Assembly (NCBI GenBank): GCA_964016885.1
Contig: OZ024748.1
Span: 12,586,001 to 12,650,000, forward strand
Reading direction: 5' to 3'
Length of the DNA stretch: 64,000 nt
Origin: Eledone cirrhosa
Taxonomy: Eukaryota
Shown: in pieces, positions 57,905 to 64,000 of the stretch
How positions within the stretch are numbered: the stretch's first letter is position 1
Layout of the letters: each line of letters opens with the position of its first letter
The notes under the pieces: model-generated
The model's input: only the letters and a program-made list of their open reading frames with translations
The model's database searches: none
What the model was told of the DNA's origin: nothing
Position numbers and translations under genes: made by a program

Positions 57905-59985
57905 ACCTCCTCTTTTTCTTTTTCTTTTTCTTCTTTTTCTTCTTTTTCTTCTTTATCTTTTTCTTTTTTTTCTTTTTCTTCTTTTTCTTCTTTTTTTTCT
58001 TTTTCTTCTTTTTCTTCTTTTTCTTCTTTTTCTTTTTCTTCTTCTTCCTTTTCTTCTTCTTCTTCTTCTTCTTCTTCTTCTTCTTCTTCTTCTTCTTCTT
58101 CTTCTTCTTCTTCTTCTTCTTCTTCTTCTTCTTCTCCTCCCCCTCCTCCTCCACACCTCACATCCAATTCTCCCTCCAACCACATTTCTTTTCTTTCGTC
58201 TCCGAATGCAATATTACTCGCCACCACCACCACCGCCATCACCACCCCCGCCATCACCACCACCACCACCACCACCACCACCACCACCACCACCACCACC
58301 ACCACCACCACCACCACCACCACCACCACCACCACCAGAACCATCACTAGCACGATCACCGTCACCACCACCACCACCACGACCACGACCACCACCACCA
58401 CCTCCACCACCACAACCACCTTCACCAGCACCACCACCACCACTGCCAATACCACCACCACCACGACCACCACCACCACTGCCACCACCACCACCACCAC
58501 CACTTCTACAACTTCTACCACCTCTACCCCCACACCTCCACCGCCACCACCACTTCTACCACATCTACCACCACCACCACCGCCACCACCACTTCTACCG
58601 CCACCACCACCACCACCTCCACCGCCAATACCACCACCACCACCACCACCACAACCACCACCCCACCACCACCACCACCACCACCACCACCACCACCACC
58701 ACCACCATCACCACCACCACCATCACCACCACCACCACTATCACAACCTCCACCTCCACCACCACCACCACCACCGCCACTACCACATCTACCACCACCA
58801 CCACCACCACCACCACCACCACCAGCACAATCACCACCACCACCACCACTATCACAACCTCCACCTCCACCGCCATCACCATTACTATTTCTCTACCTCA
58901 GCAAACCAATCACACAACTTCGGAACTCCCTACCGATTTGCACAACAAAACCCTGGGTATCGACCCTTCGACCGCCAGTTCTTCCCTCCCTCCTCTCTCC
59001 CTTTTCCGCTTTTCCTCCATCCCTCTCACTCCCCCTCTTTTCTATTCAAACACACACACACACATACATACACATCCACACACTCACACACACACACACA
59101 CACACACACATACATACACATCCACACACTCACACTCACACACACACACACATACATACATATATATATAAACGAAAATCTCAGTTTTCCCCTTCCTCTC
59201 ACTACTTTTAATAGCTTTCCGCCCCCAACTATCATCCTCCCTCACAACCACCACCACCACCACAACCGTCACAAACCCCACGACCGTCACCACCACCACT
59301 AATACCCCCACAACCACCACCACCACCAACACCACCACATCCTCCACAACCACCACCTCCACAACAGCCACCTTCACAACCACCACCACCACCAACACCG
59401 CCACCAACACCACTACATCCTCCACAACCACCACCACCACCACCACCACCACCACCGCCACCAACACCACTACATCCCCCCCCTCACAAACCCCTCACCC
59501 CTCATAACCACCACCACCCTCAGCACCACTACTAAGACCACCACAACCACCACCAAATACACCGCCACCATCACCACCAAAACCACCACCAACACCACTA
59601 CATCCTCCACAACCACCACCCTCACAACCACAACCACCACCACCACCACCACCACCATCACCATCACCACCACCACCACCATCACCACCACTACTAAGAC
59701 CACGACAACCACCACCAAATCCACCGCCACTATCACCACCAAAACCACAACCACCACCACCAACACCAACACCATTACATCCTCCAAAACCACCACCCTC
59801 ACAACCACCACCACCACCACCACCACCACAACTAAGACCACCACAACTAAGACCACCACAACCACCACCAAATCCGCCGTCACCATCACGACCACCACCA
59901 AATCCACCGTCACCATCACCACCACCACCACCACCACCACTACCAAAACCACCATCAAATCCCCCACCATCATCACCACCACCAT
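57905..59985. repeat. (CTT)n and (CCA)n blocks
   Basis: Seen directly; source of the 483-aa and 321-aa low-complexity ORFs. Confidence 0.9.
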
Positions 59986-60118
59986 CTACACACCAATCTC
60001 ACGCCGCCGCCTCTTCCTACCATTCTAGCCTTCTACCCCCGGAGTCTTTTTCATTCCCCCTTCCCCTTCTTCCCCCGTTTTGTTTGGTTTTGGATATTGT
60101 TTTCATTTAGTGGACCCC

Positions 60119-60132
60119 CCACCAGGTGGCAG
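60119..60132 (+). promoter_or_regulatory. CTCF-like motif
   Basis: CCACCAGGTGGCAG; motif match only. Confidence 0.35.
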
Positions 60133-60474
60133 AGTGGTTCTACTTTTACTTTTACTTTAACTTTCCACCTTCCCGTCATACATTTCTTCTAATAGACATC
60201 TAAATGCATTGTAAATATCCAGACGCGACTCCCTCCCTCTCTCCTTCCTTCTCCTTCACCCATCTATCCCACCTAACTCCTTACGACGCGCCGCCCCTGG
60301 GTACTCTCTCCCCCTCCCCACTCCTTACGACGCTCACCCTGATGGGTGTAACCCCTACCCCACCGCTACCCCCTTCCAGTGCAATCATTTGTGAAGATCA
60401 CAACTATAAAATTGCCTATGAATTACAAATGAAGGGTAAAGGCATATAAAATATATAAAAAGTTATATATATAC

Positions 60475-60749
<275 letters not shown>

Positions 60750-60751
60750 CA

Positions 60752-60797
<46 letters not shown>

Positions 60798-60886
60798 TAT
60801 ATAATATATGCCTATATATATATATACACATATACATACATACGTATATACATATATACATATGTATGTATATATATATATATATA

Positions 60887-61065
60887 CGTTATTCCGGGTT
60901 GAATCGGAGGTAACCACAGTAAGTAAGGTACTCAATACATAGCAGAGTATAAAAGTTTTAATATAGATGAGATTCTACAGGACTAGAACTGTTTCATTCA
61001 TTAGAAAGATGATTTCTAATGAATGAAACAGTTCTAGTCCTGTAGAATCTCATCTATATTAAAAC
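60887..61065 (-). mobile_element. Fold-back element with truncated HHR, in (TA)n (copy 2)
   Basis: Perfect 53-bp arms 60955-61007/61013-61065 with loop GATGA; long arm is the reverse complement of 31081-31199. Confidence 0.75.
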
Positions 61066-61757
61066 TATATATATATATATATATATATAAGGACCACCAC
61101 AGCGTCGGAAACAACGGAAATAAGATGAACAACGGTAACAACAAAAACAGTAACAGCAACAGCAACAACAACAACAACCTTAAAAACCACAACATCAATA
61201 ACAACAGCAGCAACAATATACATCATCCTCCCCCCACTACCACTACCACTATCACCACCACCACCACCACCACCACCACCACCACCACCACCACCACCAC
61301 CACCACCACCACCACCACTATCACCACCACCACCACCACCACCACCACCAACACCACCACCACCACCACCACCACCACCACTATCACCACCACCACCACC
61401 ACCACTATCACCACCACCACAACCACCACCACCACCACCACCACAACCACCACCACCACCACCACCACCACCACTCTCACCACCACCACCACCAACACCA
61501 CCACCATCACCACCACCACCACCACCACCACCACCACCACTATCACCACCACCACCACCAACACCACCACCACCACCACCACTATCACCACCACCACCAC
61601 CACTATCACCACCACCACCACCACCACCACCACCACCAATATCACCACCACCACCACCACCACCACCACCACCACCACCACCACCACCACCACCACCACC
61701 ACCACCACCAACCTCAACAACATCAATGACAACAGCAACAACAACAAAATCAACTTA

Positions 61758-62045
61758 TTGGTACTTTATTTTATCGACCCCCGTAAAGATGAAAGGCAAA
61801 GCTAACCTCGGCTGGATTTGAACTCAGAACATAAACGGACGTAATTATATGCCCCAAACGATGTTATCCGACGCTCTACCGATTACTGCCAACCCACCGC
61901 CTTTTTATTTCTGATTTAGGCACAAGGCCAACAATTTTTTGGAAAAGGAAAGTCGATTAAATCGCCCTCAGTGCTTTACTGGTACTTTTTATTATCGACT
62001 TCGATAGGATTAAAAGCGAAGTTAACATCGGCGGGATTTGAACAA
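61758..62045 (-). mobile_element. Two SINE family 1 pieces
   Basis: 61758-61901 and 61915-62045 match the reverse complement of the SINE. Confidence 0.8.
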
Positions 62046-62094
62046 ATTTCGCCAATTCGATGCCTTAAAATTCTTAACAGAAGACAGAATAAAA

Positions 62095-62275
62095 GAGAAA
62101 GAGAAGCAAGGAGTCCCAGGGGTAGACACCGAGCAAGGTGGTTGGATAGCATCCATGAGCTTGACTTGGGGATCCAGCCGGATCAGTTGGAGATAGTTTG
62201 CTTCAGACAGGGCCCACTGTAAGGACATATTGGAAGAAAACAGCAAGAGAAGCAAGGAGTCTCATAATGTCATGA
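62095..62275 (+). mobile_element. RTE-like LINE 3' fragment
   Basis: RSPRGRHRARWLDSIHELDLGIQPDQLE is homologous to the 25214-25423 translation. Confidence 0.65.
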
Positions 62276-62309
62276 AAAAACAATTGACATTATATAAAAA
62301 TTATTGAAC

Positions 62310-62451
62310 CAATATCCCGTCGAAGTTAATTTTGCCTTTCATCCTTACGGAGTCGATAAAATAAAGTACCAGTCACGCACTGGTGTGGATTAAATCGACT
62401 TTCCTCTCGCCCAAAATTGATCGCCTTGTGCCTATATAAGAAACCATTATT
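62310..62451 (+). mobile_element. SINE family 1, 5' truncated
   Basis: GCCTTTCATCCTTACGGAGTCGATAAAATAAAGTACCAG...AAGAAACC. Confidence 0.85.
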
Positions 62452-62877
62452 GAGCATTATCTAATAGAAACCAAACACTATTAAAGGGAACAAAAAAAAA
62501 GGAAGAAACAAGTTGGAGAAAGGAGTTGTGTTGTGCCTCATTTGGCCCTGAAGATGGGGGTCCCTGTTGTTTAAACCAAAGGAACAAGCAGCTCGTGAAA
62601 TTAAAGTGCAAACGGTTGAGTATTCTACAGATATATACAACCTTAACACAGTTCTTCGGGGAGTTTTAGCATGAAACTGTGTGTGACAAAGCTGGTCCTT
62701 TGAATTACAGGTATAATAATTGATTTTTGTTCGGCTGAATGGATTAAAGCAAATTGTTTTGTTCAATGACCCAATAGTTCTATGGGGAGTTTTAGTACGA
62801 AACAGTGTGTGACAACGCTGGCCTTTTGAATCTATATATAAATCTGAACGACTTCCGTCCATCCTTCCATCACACAG

Positions 62878-63197
62878 TAGAGATGACTGAGGAAGGAAGG
62901 GGTGATGACCTCACGCACTAGAGATGGCTGAGGAAGGAAGGAGTGATGACGTCACGCACTAGAAATGACTGAGGAAGGAAGGGATGATGACGTCACGCAC
63001 TAGAGATGATTGAGGAAGGAAGGGGTGATGACATAACGCACTAGAGATGATTGAGGAAGGAAGGGGTGAGGACGACGCGCACTAGAGATGATTGAGGAAG
63101 GAAGGGGTGATGACATAACGCACTAGAGATGACTGAGGAAGGAAGGGGTGATGACGTCATGCACGAGAGATGACTGAGGAAGGAAAGGGTGATGACA
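62878..63197. repeat. 41-bp minisatellite, about 8 copies
   Basis: TAGAGATGACTGAGGAAGGAAGGGGTGATGACGTCACGCAC at 62878, 62919, 62960, 63001, 63042, 63083, 63124. Confidence 0.95.
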
Positions 63198-63276
63198 AAC
63201 TACAGAAAATATCGTCCAACATTCACTACACTTGTGTGTACAACCTACACACACACACACATACACACACACACAT

Positions 63277-63309
<33 letters not shown>

Positions 63310-63836
63310 CACGCACACACATATACACATACGCATCAACGTACTGAAAAAAAAAAAAATTCTAGTGACAGATAACACAATTTTTGTCTGTCTTAGTGAA
63401 CTAAAGCAACATGACTTGTTGAATGACACAACGAACCAACCACAGTTCCGGGAAGCGAACTCACAAACACTCTACGCGCAAGTCCACGCGTCAATTCTCA
63501 CAGACAAAAGTAGACGCGACCATTCATCACTACAGACAAATACCGCCATTTTGAGACTCTGTCAAAGAAGCAACAACGTTAATAGATAAGAGAGAGATAA
63601 GAATGAGACTTCTTACACAGATAAACTAGACTAACGATGTCTCTGTGTTGTGTAGTCGTGTTGTTTTTAACTGTTTATTAAACGACCTATCTTATAGAAA
63701 TTGAAACATAGTGATTAGCAGAAAATTACTGATTATGTTAATTATATATTATTAATATTTAAACTCAGACCTACACATATGTACAATTAATGGTTTGTAT
63801 GTATATATATACACACATACACAGACACACACACAT

Positions 63837-63870
<34 letters not shown>

Positions 63871-63957
63871 TTATATGTGTATGTGGATGTTTATATATAT
63901 ATGTATGCGTGTGGATGTTTATATAATGCACACACACACACACATACACACACACAG

Positions 63958-63988
<31 letters not shown>

Positions 63989-64000
63989 CGCACACACACA

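Noticed and set aside
57851-59302. 483-aa Ser/Thr/Pro/His-rich ORF
   Set aside because: Concatenated microsatellites; the short unique stretch has no recognisable motif

Overview
Eukaryotic, AT-rich, microsatellite-saturated DNA with no credible protein-coding gene. The ORF track is almost entirely translated simple repeats. The SINE and microsatellite content suggests a coleoid cephalopod (octopus-like) genome, which is an inference. The main signal is a family of hammerhead-ribozyme (HHR) tandem repeats resembling non-LTR retrozymes. Array A (9376-19457) has about 21.6 apparently identical 467-bp units and 22 type I HHRs. Array B (28252-29621) has about 2.9 units of 466 bp plus a 5'-inverted partial unit. 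The two units are strongly diverged in sequence but colinear. They share unit length, a covarying HHR with palindromic ACTAGT stem III, an ATGCAAAT octamer followed by TAATTTTCATA upstream of the HHR, and several hairpins, and both end in (TA)n. Several short Penelope-like, fold-back or HHR-remnant insertions also sit in or near (TA)n tracts, one with a compensatory U3-A8 core variant. The remainder is two tRNA-derived SINE families, RTE-like LINE scraps, a hAT-like end, minisatellites and a 200-N gap.
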